A stretch of DNA of 32,000 nucleotides, taken from positions 1,410,001 through 1,442,000 of the forward strand of contig CP006868.1 in assembly GCA_025340205.1 (NCBI GenBank), in the 5' to 3' direction. The notes beneath the pieces are model-generated. The model had not been told where the DNA came from. It saw only the letters and a list, made by a program, of their open reading frames with translations, and searched no databases. Position 1 is the stretch's first letter, and each line of letters starts with the position of its first letter. A program made the position numbers and the translations under genes. Of the stretch, positions 7,854 to 16,203 are shown piece by piece. Origin of the DNA: Ignicoccus pacificus DSM 13166. GTDB lineage: Archaea > Thermoproteota > Thermoprotei_A > Sulfolobales > Ignicoccaceae.

Positions 7854-8582
7854 GTGAAGAGCGTGAAGGTAGTAGGGCTGCTGGCCTCTCCAAGGAGGTA
7901 TGGGTCTTCGTTTAAGGGATTGATGCTGGCGTTGAAGGCCGCTGAGAGGTTTGGAGCGGAAACGGAGTGGTACCACTTGTATCAAATGGACATCAAGCCT
8001 TGCTTAGGTTGCGTCTCAGAGGACATAAAGGCTTGCAAATACCCATGCATAATAAAAGACGACATGAAGAAGATCTACGACGCCTTGGTTAACTCAGACG
8101 GATTCATAATAGCGACTCCGGTCTACTGGTACTCTCCCAGCGGAGTCATGAAGAACGTGATAGACAGACTTACCGCCTTGGAGAACATGATTCACATAGA
8201 CGGCCACAGCTGGCTCGACGGTAAAGTGGGAGGCTTCATAGCCACCGGAAACGATTCCGGAGCGATGTTTGCTATAGCTCAACTCATGAGCATAATGAAC
8301 TCCATGGGTGTAGTGATACCTCCGTGGAGCATGGCCTATACTAACGAGCTCGGAGATCCCTTAGAGAACAGCGCCTTTGTGACGGACTCCCTCAACGTAG
8401 GAAGAACCGTTGTAATGATGATAAAGGCTATGAGAGGTGAGAAGGTGGATAGATGGTATGATCCAGAGCTCTATGATTGGTACGAGAAGGAGTTAAAGGA
8501 GTGGTTAATCAACTTGGTAAAGGAAGAAGAAGCCAAGGCAGAGAAACCTTGGAAGGACCCTAACTGGCTCAACTCCAAGTAA
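7854..8582 (+). CDS. NADPH-dependent FMN reductase / iron-sulfur flavoprotein (Isf)-like protein
   Basis: VKVVGLLASPRR is the flavodoxin-like N-terminus. The compact Cys cluster is CLGC...C..PC. GFIIATPVYWYSPSGVMKNVIDRL is also present. The start is GTG. Confidence 0.8.
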   Translation: MKSVKVVGLLASPRRYGSSFKGLMLALKAAERFGAETEWYHLYQMDIKPCLGCVSEDIKACKYPCIIKDDMKKIYDALVNSDGFIIATPVYWYSPSGVMKNVIDRLTALENMIHIDGHSWLDGKVGGFIATGNDSGAMFAIAQLMSIMNSMGVVIPPWSMAYTNELGDPLENSAFVTDSLNVGRTVVMMIKAMRGEKVDRWYDPELYDWYEKELKEWLINLVKEEEAKAEKPWKDPNWLNSK

Positions 8583-8677
8583 ATTACATAAATGGAGTTA
8601 TTTGAGAAAATCTAATTACGTACATTCTTTCATAGGCCTTTTTAGTATTTCCTAATGCTCCCTTCTAGGAGGTAACG

Positions 8678-9202
8678 TTGGAAGAAGAAGAGCTTCTTAG
8701 GTTCATTAGAGAACAATTCTTGAGCAAGGCTCTCTTCCAATTCCTCTATCAAGAGGCCTCCCGCTTGTTCGGGGACACAGCAGCTAGACAGCTCTTGTTT
8801 AAGATAATGAAGGAATCGACGAAAATGGCGGTAAAGGAGGCCCAAGGATATGTAAAAGAACTAATAGATCCTAACAAGCCGTGCGAGTCCTTCAAGCTGG
8901 TTTACAAGGTCTTTGGGATAAGCGACGTCGAATGCGAGGTTAGCGGAAACAAGGCTCATCTGATAATAAAGAACTGTCCTCTGCCTAAGAAGTACGATCC
9001 CGAGGGCAAGGGGAACGCTTGCGTGGCCATGATAGCGATAGTGGCTGGCATGGTAGAGGAGATCATGGGAAAGAAGGTATACGTAGAAACGCCTAAGGTA
9101 AGGTTCGGGTCAGCGAGACCGGATATCGTGGTGGAGATGAAGAAGAACATACTTATGGGAGATCCTTACTGCGAGTTCGAAGCGGAGATGAAAACGAGCT
9201 GA
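8678..9202 (+). CDS. Hypothetical protein (possible V4R-like small-molecule-binding domain)
   Basis: 174-aa ORF with a GGAGGT SD 5 nt upstream of the TTG start. The Cys-containing C-terminal half (NCPL...GNACVAMIAIVAGMVEE...DPYCEFE) is reminiscent of V4R domains, an assignment I hold with low certainty. Confidence 0.55.
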   Translation: MEEEELLRFIREQFLSKALFQFLYQEASRLFGDTAARQLLFKIMKESTKMAVKEAQGYVKELIDPNKPCESFKLVYKVFGISDVECEVSGNKAHLIIKNCPLPKKYDPEGKGNACVAMIAIVAGMVEEIMGKKVYVETPKVRFGSARPDIVVEMKKNILMGDPYCEFEAEMKTS

Positions 9203-9264
9203 GAGCAATCACGTGAAGACGGTTTTCCTTTTGAAGGAGTGTAGTAGGAGGGGCGGGAGAACTA

Positions 9265-10194
9265 TTGGAAACGCTTTACTTCGTGCTCTCCGGCGCTCAC
9301 CGAACCATACCGTTTGAGGAGGTCAGAGCGCTTCATGAAGCAGAGGAGTGTCCGCTGAGGGTACTCTCAGAACACTTTGGGTTAGTTCTAGCTGAAGGAG
9401 ATCCCGAATGCTCCTCGAGGATCATGTACAGATCCGCCTTCGTAAAGGAAGTAGGAGAGGTGTTCGCCATAGGTGACGACGTAGGCGTTAGCGTGTTCAA
9501 AGATTTTCAATGCAGTAGATACCACTTGAGGAAGCTGGGGGGACTCAAGGTCCCGAGGTTCGAGGACTTGCTGAAGGGAGAGGGGATTTGTAGGATTGTG
9601 GTCACTGAGGGCTTCTACTTGATTGGGAGGACGTTGGCGAAGAGGAAGGAAGGGAAGAGCAAGAAGGGACCCTTCTTCTCTCCAGGATCGATGGATCCCA
9701 TATTAGCAAGAGCCATGGTGAACCTAAGCAGGCTCAAGAGAGGGGGAACGTTCTTAGACCCGTTCTGCGGGACGGCGGTCTACGCCATAGAGGCCAGCAA
9801 GGTCGCTGGAAGGACCTATTGTTCCGACTTAGATCCAGCAATGTGCTACGGCGGAAGGATAAACACCCAGTGGGCCGGAGTGCTAGGAGATAACATACTT
9901 TCAGATTCGTATTACCTACCGTTTAGGAATTCCTCCATCCAAGCCATAGCGACCGATCCTCCTTATGGAAGGAGCGTCGTAAGCTTAGCCCACAGGCCGG
10001 AGGAACTCCTCCTGGGATTCTTAGAAAGGGCATATGAGGTCCTTAAGCCTGGAAGCTGGATAGCCTTCGCCTCCTCCTCTAAGGTGAACGTTCCTGAGGT
10101 CATAGCCTCCACTTCCTTTGAGCTCGGAAGGTGCCACGTTCAGAGGGTGCACAGAAGCTTGGCTAGGCTCATATGCACCGCTAGGAAGCCTTGA
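9265..10194 (+). CDS. THUMP-domain tRNA (guanine-N2)-methyltransferase (Trm11/Trm-G10 family)
   Basis: The N-terminal region is THUMP-like. Motif I is LDPFCGT and motif IV is ATDPPYG, the N-methyltransferase (D/N)PPY signature. The start is TTG. Confidence 0.8.
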   Translation: METLYFVLSGAHRTIPFEEVRALHEAEECPLRVLSEHFGLVLAEGDPECSSRIMYRSAFVKEVGEVFAIGDDVGVSVFKDFQCSRYHLRKLGGLKVPRFEDLLKGEGICRIVVTEGFYLIGRTLAKRKEGKSKKGPFFSPGSMDPILARAMVNLSRLKRGGTFLDPFCGTAVYAIEASKVAGRTYCSDLDPAMCYGGRINTQWAGVLGDNILSDSYYLPFRNSSIQAIATDPPYGRSVVSLAHRPEELLLGFLERAYEVLKPGSWIAFASSSKVNVPEVIASTSFELGRCHVQRVHRSLARLICTARKP

Positions 10195-11008
10195 GCTCGT
10201 AGGCCTCCACGGTACCGTCTTCAAGACCTACTACCAACTCCTCTCCCCATCCAACCCCCCACGGAGGGGAGCGGAAGCTCTCCTTAGCTATCAGATTACC
10301 TCTCCTCGAATAAACCCTCAACTTCCCTCTCTTAGCGTCGCTGAAGGCCACGTAGTTGCAGTCAGGAGAAAAGGCCACGTTCCAAGGTTTCTCAATACCG
10401 CTCTTTATCCATATGTCCTTTATCCTGCCCATATCTGATATGTCAAGCAACGCCACCTTCCCTCTCGCAGCTATTGCTAGCATCTTGTCACAAGTCGCTA
10501 CATCGTAAACAGGGCTTCCTACGGGTAGATCCATCATTAACATCCCGGTATCTTTGAGTAATATCGAAACCTTCTTTCCGTGGTCTGGGACGAATAGATA
10601 ACCTTGCCAATAGGCCGGTCCGTTTGCTACGTACCCTACCTTAATGTTCCATATCCTGTTACCGTTTACGTCGTACAAGGCGCACTCCTCTCCACAAGTA
10701 ACGAAGCCGTCCGCGAGCATGGTAACCGCTATGCTCTTCGGGAGCCCTACGTGGAACTTCTGAAGAAGCTTCCCCTCCTCGCTCACCATGTAGACGTTTC
10801 CATCATAGTTTCCAAAGAGGAAAGTGCCTTTGTAAACAGAGACGTCGCTGCTCTCGTTGTCTCCGCAAATCCTGGCCTTCAACTCTCCTCCTTCCACTAT
10901 CTCCATACAATCTCTTGCAAGGGCATACTTTCCGTTCCAATAAGCTATTGCGACGGTGGATGACTTCGTCTTAGGTCTATACCTCCAGACCCTCTTGAGC
11001 TCTGCCAT
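10181..11008 (-). CDS. Beta-propeller repeat protein (PQQ-like/PD40-like), no signal peptide
   Basis: Repeated strand motifs include GNVYMVSEEGKLL, NGNRIWNIKVG and VAFSPDCNYVAF...LRVYSRRGNLI. It is the last gene of the minus-strand pilin-like cluster. Confidence 0.7.
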   Translation of the reverse strand: MAELKRVWRYRPKTKSSTVAIAYWNGKYALARDCMEIVEGGELKARICGDNESSDVSVYKGTFLFGNYDGNVYMVSEEGKLLQKFHVGLPKSIAVTMLADGFVTCGEECALYDVNGNRIWNIKVGYVANGPAYWQGYLFVPDHGKKVSILLKDTGMLMMDLPVGSPVYDVATCDKMLAIAARGKVALLDISDMGRIKDIWIKSGIEKPWNVAFSPDCNYVAFSDAKRGKLRVYSRRGNLIAKESFRSPPWGVGWGEELVVGLEDGTVEAYELKAS

Positions 11009-11048
11009 CTCAGCGCCCCGTCTAGTGCTCGAATTAGCGTAAAAGGGT

Positions 11049-11882
11049 CTAGGAGAGCGACTTGACGTAGTAGGTAAGGCTGTAGGAGGACGAGTCTATC
11101 TCGACCTTCACCTTACCCGTGGGCATTCCCAAATGAGGACACCACATGACTATGGTATAGGTACCTGGACCGAGCTTAACTGTGTTGAAGGAAGGCAAGT
11201 AGACCCATGTGCCGGAGGTATCGTTATAGTAGACCTTGACGTCGCCAGAGTATCCGACATAGGTCTCTTGAGGAGATGGAGTGGGATTGAAGTACGTCTC
11301 ATACCTATCGCTTCCAACGAAAGTCCCCTCCGGAATTCCAGCCACCACCGTCGCCCAAGGAGGGGCCTTTCCGGTATCGCTCACGACCTTGAACCAGCTC
11401 ACCCCTATGTCGTTAGCGCTCGCCTCTCCTACATCGCTTCCACATCCGGAGCTCACGAAGTACGCCCCCGGATAGATGGCGTCATCGTCATCCAGAGCTC
11501 CTTTGACTAACCCGTAGTACCCGGCCACCCTAACTGCCTTGCAGTTGTAATCACGAGCGTTGCTAGCTCCTCCAGATAAGACGAAGCTGGTAGCTTGACA
11601 TACCACGTTGTCGCCGAAGTAGAGCCTAACCGACTGAAGCTCAAAGTTCCTCATAGTATTCCTGAAAGATATCAAGATGAAGTAAGAGCTTGGCAGTGGT
11701 TTTGTCGCGGGAATGCCTTCGGCAACCGCTATCACCTCGCTGAGCTGCGGGAAAACTCCCTTGGAGAGCATGTTCATAAGTACCATGGTCCAGCTGTATA
11801 CGACAGCGCTAAGGGCTAAGGTAATGGCAACTAACAGTATCTCGGCGATTATGGAGCTTATACCTAGCTTTCTGGTTGTCAA
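11049..11882 (-). CDS. Archaeal type IV pilin-like protein (class III signal peptide), 277 aa
   Basis: The N-terminus TTRKLG|ISSIIAEILLVAITLALSAVVYSW is a PibD/FlaK-type signal: a basic stretch, Gly, then a hydrophobic helix. It is a paralogue of the 13622..14545 protein. The start is TTG. Confidence 0.75.
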   Translation of the reverse strand: MTTRKLGISSIIAEILLVAITLALSAVVYSWTMVLMNMLSKGVFPQLSEVIAVAEGIPATKPLPSSYFILISFRNTMRNFELQSVRLYFGDNVVCQATSFVLSGGASNARDYNCKAVRVAGYYGLVKGALDDDDAIYPGAYFVSSGCGSDVGEASANDIGVSWFKVVSDTGKAPPWATVVAGIPEGTFVGSDRYETYFNPTPSPQETYVGYSGDVKVYYNDTSGTWVYLPSFNTVKLGPGTYTIVMWCPHLGMPTGKVKVEIDSSSYSLTYYVKSLS

Positions 11883-11924
11883 AGCTCCCTATACCCTGAA
11901 AGCTATGAAAGGAGAGGAGATAAA

Positions 11925-13526
11925 CTATTGACGTCTGCGAACGAGCACGGTCAACGCTACCAGTATGGGAGCTATTATCGCGTAGGCCGCCAACGGTACA
12001 CAGAAGGCCGCCGCTACCGGTCTGTTCATCATGGACCTCAGGCCTATGGTACACGCCTCCAAGAAGTCCCACTTAGGTATTCCCCACTGGAAGTATATCC
12101 CCGCGTTGGGTGGCAAGTACTTATTCATGTATATTGTCATGTAGAGTCTCGTTCTAAGCGTCTCGTTCCTCTTTCCGTTGCTTATTAGGAACTCCCTCAC
12201 GTAGTTGTATGCTGTATGATTGCCCTCGTAGGTGTAAAGCTTCGAGCTGACGTCCTTCACTTTCAAGACGTTGTTAAGCGTAGTAGCGTAAGGAGTTAGC
12301 AAGCTCAGAGCAGAGCCGTATACTAGAGCATAAGCGAAGGTGAGGGCTGAGAGTGCTATTAAGGCATCGTAGTACCTTTTCTTCTTAGCCGCTAAGTATA
12401 TCGGTATCGCTATACTCATAATCACCGAGAGGTAGGGATGCAAGAACCCTATCAGGGAGCTCGTCGCTACTTTATCCTTACTCTTTATATATGGAACCAG
12501 AGCTACGTAAACTGCTATTATTGCTAGAGATGCCATAGTTACTACGTAATCGTACCACTCGACCTTTCTGCTAACCTTAACTATTAAGTTATAGGAGAAG
12601 TCATAGAAAGCTACAGCTGTACTCGCTAGGATTAGCAAGAACAAGGGAAGCTCGTACTTGTTCCACTTGGGCCAATCTCTCTTAAATGAGTAAAAGGTGG
12701 CCACGGCGGCTGTCACTAAGAGGGCTAGGGCCACGGAGGTTTGGACTCCGAAGAAGGGAGAGGGCATGCCTCCGTAGCCGCTGGGATAGAGCCTCGGTAA
12801 GACGAAGGCGTCGATGAAGGCGACGAAGAGCGTTAGGGCTCCTAGCTTTGACGGCTTTACGTAAAGGTATAGGGTAGAAAGGGCGAAGAAGATCAAGGCT
12901 ACGTGGTAAGAGGTAGAGGGTATCGGGACTCCGAAGCCGTAGAGTCCCCAGAAGGCGGCCAGCGAAAGCGACAGAAATGCCAACACCGATGCGAACCTAC
13001 CATAAACCCTCCTCCCGGTAGCTAGGTAACCTATAGCGAGGGCCCCAGAGATGGTAAGGAGAGGTAAGTAAAGGAAGAAGAAGAACGACCTAAGAGTGCC
13101 GTAGCCCAAAGGAGGAAGCTTCGGTGGCTTTGCCAACATGGAACCGACTAAGGTTAGGTAGTTGGACCAGTAGAAGGCCAACGACAAAACAACGATCGAC
13201 GAGAGAACTAGTAGGGAGTCCTTCTCCTCTTTGATTCCTATTAGTGCTAATACCAAGGAGAATAGAGGTATAACGAATGTGGGTAAGGTGAGGGAGACTA
13301 TGATCCTCTCAATTAACGAGCTCCCGCAGTTCATCCAGAACCACTCGACGAGCCAGTAAACGTGACAAGTAGCGAAGGAGTAGAGTTCTAAGATCATGGG
13401 AACGAGTAAAAGTAACGAGAACAACGTTACCCTCTTTACTCCCACTATCCTCTTCGCTATTACCGATGCTAATGGCATTGACGCTATGAAGACGTAAAGC
13501 ACGAACGCGTTCACTTCTAACCCCAA
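11925..13526 (-). CDS. Polytopic integral membrane protein (about 12-14 TM helices, one ~90-aa loop before the last TM)
   Basis: The protein is 533 aa and almost entirely hydrophobic helices. A soluble segment NNVLKVKD...GIPKWDFLEACTIGLR precedes the final TM. I see no WWDxG or FlaJ/PilC signature. The start is TTG at 13526, with a possible internal ATG start at MPLASV. Confidence 0.75.
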   Translation of the reverse strand: MGLEVNAFVLYVFIASMPLASVIAKRIVGVKRVTLFSLLLLVPMILELYSFATCHVYWLVEWFWMNCGSSLIERIIVSLTLPTFVIPLFSLVLALIGIKEEKDSLLVLSSIVVLSLAFYWSNYLTLVGSMLAKPPKLPPLGYGTLRSFFFFLYLPLLTISGALAIGYLATGRRVYGRFASVLAFLSLSLAAFWGLYGFGVPIPSTSYHVALIFFALSTLYLYVKPSKLGALTLFVAFIDAFVLPRLYPSGYGGMPSPFFGVQTSVALALLVTAAVATFYSFKRDWPKWNKYELPLFLLILASTAVAFYDFSYNLIVKVSRKVEWYDYVVTMASLAIIAVYVALVPYIKSKDKVATSSLIGFLHPYLSVIMSIAIPIYLAAKKKRYYDALIALSALTFAYALVYGSALSLLTPYATTLNNVLKVKDVSSKLYTYEGNHTAYNYVREFLISNGKRNETLRTRLYMTIYMNKYLPPNAGIYFQWGIPKWDFLEACTIGLRSMMNRPVAAAFCVPLAAYAIIAPILVALTVLVRRRQ

Positions 13527-13605
13527 CGGTAAGAAGAGGAAGGACTAATAACTAGGAACGATGATCGAGGAGAGGAATGGAAGGACATAATTTCTAAAGG
13601 TGCTC

Positions 13606-13615
13606 AAATAAAAAA
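13606..13615 (-). terminator. Oligo-T terminator (TTTTTTATTT on the minus strand) after the major pilin-like gene
   Basis: The T-run begins 7 nt after the TAA stop at 13622-13624. It separates the pilin gene from the downstream membrane-protein gene. Confidence 0.4.
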
Positions 13616-13621
13616 CGGGTT

Positions 13622-14545
13622 TTACTGGACAGTCAGAGGTATCATAGTCTCCCAAGTGCTGCCGTCCTGGAACTGGATCCTCACTTGTACGCTGTTCATC
13701 ACGTTGGGGTTGACTTGAGGACACCAGACCACTAGGCTCCAGTCGTCCTGTCCGACCTTGGCTAGATCGAAGGTCGGTATGGCATTAGTCTTAGCGGTGT
13801 TGTAGGCTAGGTAGTCACCGGTCCACCTGTCGAACCTTATGTTAGCGTTAGTGCTGTTGAAGTAGGTCTCCACCTTCTGGTTGCTGACGTACTGCACGTT
13901 CCATACTTGGGCCACTACGGTGGCGAAGGGCACGTTCCTGTCGAACGCTAGGTTGCTCTTCGTGCTGTTGTTATAGAAGGCGTAGCCCAGCTTGTTGAAG
14001 TCAGCGGGGTTATCGGCCTTGGTCCTGTTGTTGACCACTATTCCTCCAGGAGCGTAAGTGTCGTTGCCGTCAAGGGTGCCTATGGTGTTGCCCACGTAAC
14101 CACCGAAGTCTAGTCCGCTGACCTTGGGGACGCTGAATCCGGTGGTAGCACCGGTGTGCTGTACGTCCCAAGCGCTTAGGGCGAAGGCGGAGTAGTGGCA
14201 GATCACCCTACCAGCGTAGATCACGTCGACGTTGTCCAGGGTTATTAGGTTCATTCCAGCGCCCTGTCCTCCTACAGCAGCGGGAGGAGCCTTGAAGCTG
14301 ATTACAAGCACTGGTCTGTTGGAAGTGAAGTTCTCGGCAGATAGGTAGCCGTCCTTGACGGAGTTACCTAGCGCCCAGGTGGCCTGGATGACAGTCAAGG
14401 TCTTACCGGTGACCTTGCTGCCGGCCACGTTGGCGCTGAGGCTGCTCACCCAAGTGTAGAGGAGCACGGCGGCAGCGACGGCGATGAGGATCAACAGTAG
14501 GGTGGCTATGACGGGAGAGACTCCCTTCTTCTTCAGGGCCTTCAT
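13622..14545 (-). CDS. Archaeal type IV pilin-like fibre/adhesion-filament subunit (Pilin_N / class III signal peptide), 307 aa
   Basis: MKALKKKG|VSPVIATLLLILIAVAAAVLLYTWV is a near-consensus archaeal pilin N-terminus. GAGGTGA lies 6 nt upstream of ATG 14545. The mature part has several NxS/T sequons. The 25-aa N-terminal extension in the ORF track is rejected. Confidence 0.85.
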   Translation of the reverse strand: MKALKKKGVSPVIATLLLILIAVAAAVLLYTWVSSLSANVAGSKVTGKTLTVIQATWALGNSVKDGYLSAENFTSNRPVLVISFKAPPAAVGGQGAGMNLITLDNVDVIYAGRVICHYSAFALSAWDVQHTGATTGFSVPKVSGLDFGGYVGNTIGTLDGNDTYAPGGIVVNNRTKADNPADFNKLGYAFYNNSTKSNLAFDRNVPFATVVAQVWNVQYVSNQKVETYFNSTNANIRFDRWTGDYLAYNTAKTNAIPTFDLAKVGQDDWSLVVWCPQVNPNVMNSVQVRIQFQDGSTWETMIPLTVQ

Positions 14546-14584
14546 GTCTTTCACCTCTTCTCGTGGTGTGCTATCTAGTAATGG

Positions 14585-14592
14585 CTTATAAG
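14585..14592 (-). promoter_or_regulatory. TATA box (CTTATAAG) for the pilin-like gene
   Basis: This palindromic TTATAA core lies about 40 nt upstream of ATG 14545. The implied short leader contains the GAGGTGA SD. Confidence 0.4.
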
Positions 14593-14726
14593 ATGGGGTA
14601 GGCTTCTGCGCCGCAAACATGAATTCCTATTCGAATCATCTTTCAGGCAAAGTCTCTGAAACGTTCCCAAGAGATTGAGGAGTCCAGAGTTATTATTTCT
14701 GTCGCACAGAATTTGGGGGAAGGTCA

Positions 14727-15524
14727 TTGAAGCTGTTTGCAGTTATAGGCCACCCCATAAAGCACTCCCTTTCACCTCAGCTACATAGAATAGCATTTAG
14801 ACTCATTGGAGAAGATGCAACTTACACCAAGGTAGACGTCCACCCAGAAAGTCTCGAGACATTCATGGAAGTCGCTCCGCTAGTTTTTAAGGGCTTGAAC
14901 GTAACCATACCCCACAAAGAAAGGGTTTATGAGCTTGTCGACGAAGTAATGGGAGTTGCTTCGGAAGTAAAGGCTGTCAACACCGTCCTATTCGAGGATT
15001 CCAGAAGCTACGGCTTTAACACTGACGTGAAGGGTGTTAGGATGGCAATAGAAAGTGAGGTTAATGCTAGGGGCATGAAGGTGGCGATCCTCGGTGCTGG
15101 AGGCGCTGCGAGGGCCGCGGTGGTAGCGTTTTACAAGGACTGTAAAGTAACCGTGTTCAATAGGACCCTAGAGAAGGCGCAACGGTTGGCGAGGGAATTT
15201 GGAGTAGAGGCTCGCCCTCTCAAGGACTACGAAGAGATAAGGAGACATAATATAATAATCAATGCAACGCCAGTAGGAATGGACGGAAGGAGTACACCTA
15301 TTCCTATTGAGGTAATAGAAAGGAATCACGTCGTTATGGATATGGTTTACCGTCCTCTCTTCACGCCCCTCCTCAAAGGAGCGCTGAGAAGGGGTGCAAA
15401 GACGGTCGATGGGTTGAGGATGCTCGTCATTCAAGGATTGGAAAGCGAGAAGATATGGTTAGGAAAGGCTCCGGATTGGAAGGTCGTCTACATGAAGTTA
15501 TTAGCTGAGCTGGCGAACGGATGA
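14727..15524 (+). CDS. aroE: Shikimate 5-dehydrogenase
   Basis: FAVIGHPIKHSLSPQLH is the G-x-PI-x-HS-x-SP motif. NVTIPHKE, the NTD motif (FNTDVKG) and the GAGGAARA NADP-binding loop are also present. The start is TTG. Confidence 0.85.
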   Translation: MKLFAVIGHPIKHSLSPQLHRIAFRLIGEDATYTKVDVHPESLETFMEVAPLVFKGLNVTIPHKERVYELVDEVMGVASEVKAVNTVLFEDSRSYGFNTDVKGVRMAIESEVNARGMKVAILGAGGAARAAVVAFYKDCKVTVFNRTLEKAQRLAREFGVEARPLKDYEEIRRHNIIINATPVGMDGRSTPIPIEVIERNHVVMDMVYRPLFTPLLKGALRRGAKTVDGLRMLVIQGLESEKIWLGKAPDWKVVYMKLLAELANG

Positions 15525-15526
15525 TC

Positions 15527-16093
15527 TCACTTCTCCTTCTCCACCTTTATCCCAGCCATGTAAAGCAACATTTGTCCCATCATCTTCTTCAGCTCTTTCA
15601 TATCATCAACTAAGAGGTCGACCTTGTTGTCAAGCCTAGCGACCGCTACCTTAAGCTCCTCCACATCTTTCTCAAGCTCATAAACTCTATGCTCCAAGGA
15701 GTCGAGCCTCTTGTTGGTATCGTCTATGCGTTTGGTCAAATCTAACCTTAAGTCATCTATCCTTTTGTTCAGTTCATCCCTAACTAGCTCTATCTTCTTG
15801 TCCAGCCTTTCCTCCGTCGCTTTGATATCATCCCTAAGCCTCTTCTCACAGCTATCTATCTTCTTGTCCAGTCTTCCTTCAGTTTCCTTTATCATTTCCC
15901 TATTCAGCTGAATCTGCTTGGCTAGTTCATCGTACCTAAGCCTCACCTCATTCAAAACCATGAAGAGCAATAGGAAGTTCGCTTCTTCACTAGTCAAAGG
16001 CTTTCCGCTTTGAATTTTATTTATCAGCTCTCCGAACTTCTCTCTTGCAAAATCATAGGCAATCTCTAAGGTCTTGTCGACCAGGAAGGCCAA
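15527..16093 (-). CDS. Coiled-coil protein with 11-residue (hendecad) repeats
   Basis: 188 aa. Residues 63-172 form ten consecutive 11-mers, such as RLDKKIDSCEK, RLRDDIKATEE and RLDKKIELVRD. TTG start 16093 is preceded by GGAGGG. Confidence 0.75.
   Translation of the reverse strand: MAFLVDKTLEIAYDFAREKFGELINKIQSGKPLTSEEANFLLLFMVLNEVRLRYDELAKQIQLNREMIKETEGRLDKKIDSCEKRLRDDIKATEERLDKKIELVRDELNKRIDDLRLDLTKRIDDTNKRLDSLEHRVYELEKDVEELKVAVARLDNKVDLLVDDMKELKKMMGQMLLYMAGIKVEKEK
15578..15907 (-). repeat. In-frame 33-nt periodic repeat region encoding the hendecads (16-nt perfect DNA repeat ctatcttcttgtccag at 15790 and 15856)
   Basis: There are ten 11-aa units. The DNA-level perfect 16-mer recurs 66 nt apart and encodes LDKKI both times. 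Confidence 0.6.
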
Positions 16094-16203
16094 TTTTATC
16101 CCTCCAATAAGATGGGGAGATTGTATTTATGCGAGAGAGTTGGGCGAAGCTAAGCCTACACAACGTAAGACCTCTCCGTCCCCACAAAGCAAGGAGAGCT
16201 CTA

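Noticed and set aside
8642-8845. 67-aa ORF on the minus strand
   Set aside because: It overlaps the SD-preceded 8678..9202 gene and its promoter region, with no support of its own.
11809-12188. 87-aa (minus) and 86-aa (plus) ORFs overlapping the 3' end of the 533-aa membrane protein gene
   Set aside because: They sit in alternative frames of a long, coherent TM-rich ORF. Arg/Gly-rich translations are typical of out-of-frame reading.
14546-14620. 25-codon N-terminal extension of the pilin-like ORF
   Set aside because: Class III signal peptides are short. ATG 14545 is preceded by GAGGTGA, and the extension would contain the TATA box.
16129-16203. 25-codon N-terminal extension of the RNase HI ORF, and the 70-aa minus-strand ORF 16053..16265
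   Set aside because: ATG 16129 lies inside the TATA-like TTGTATTTATGCG, and the RNase H fold starts at MVLYLYFDG. The 70-aa ORF spans a divergent promoter region.
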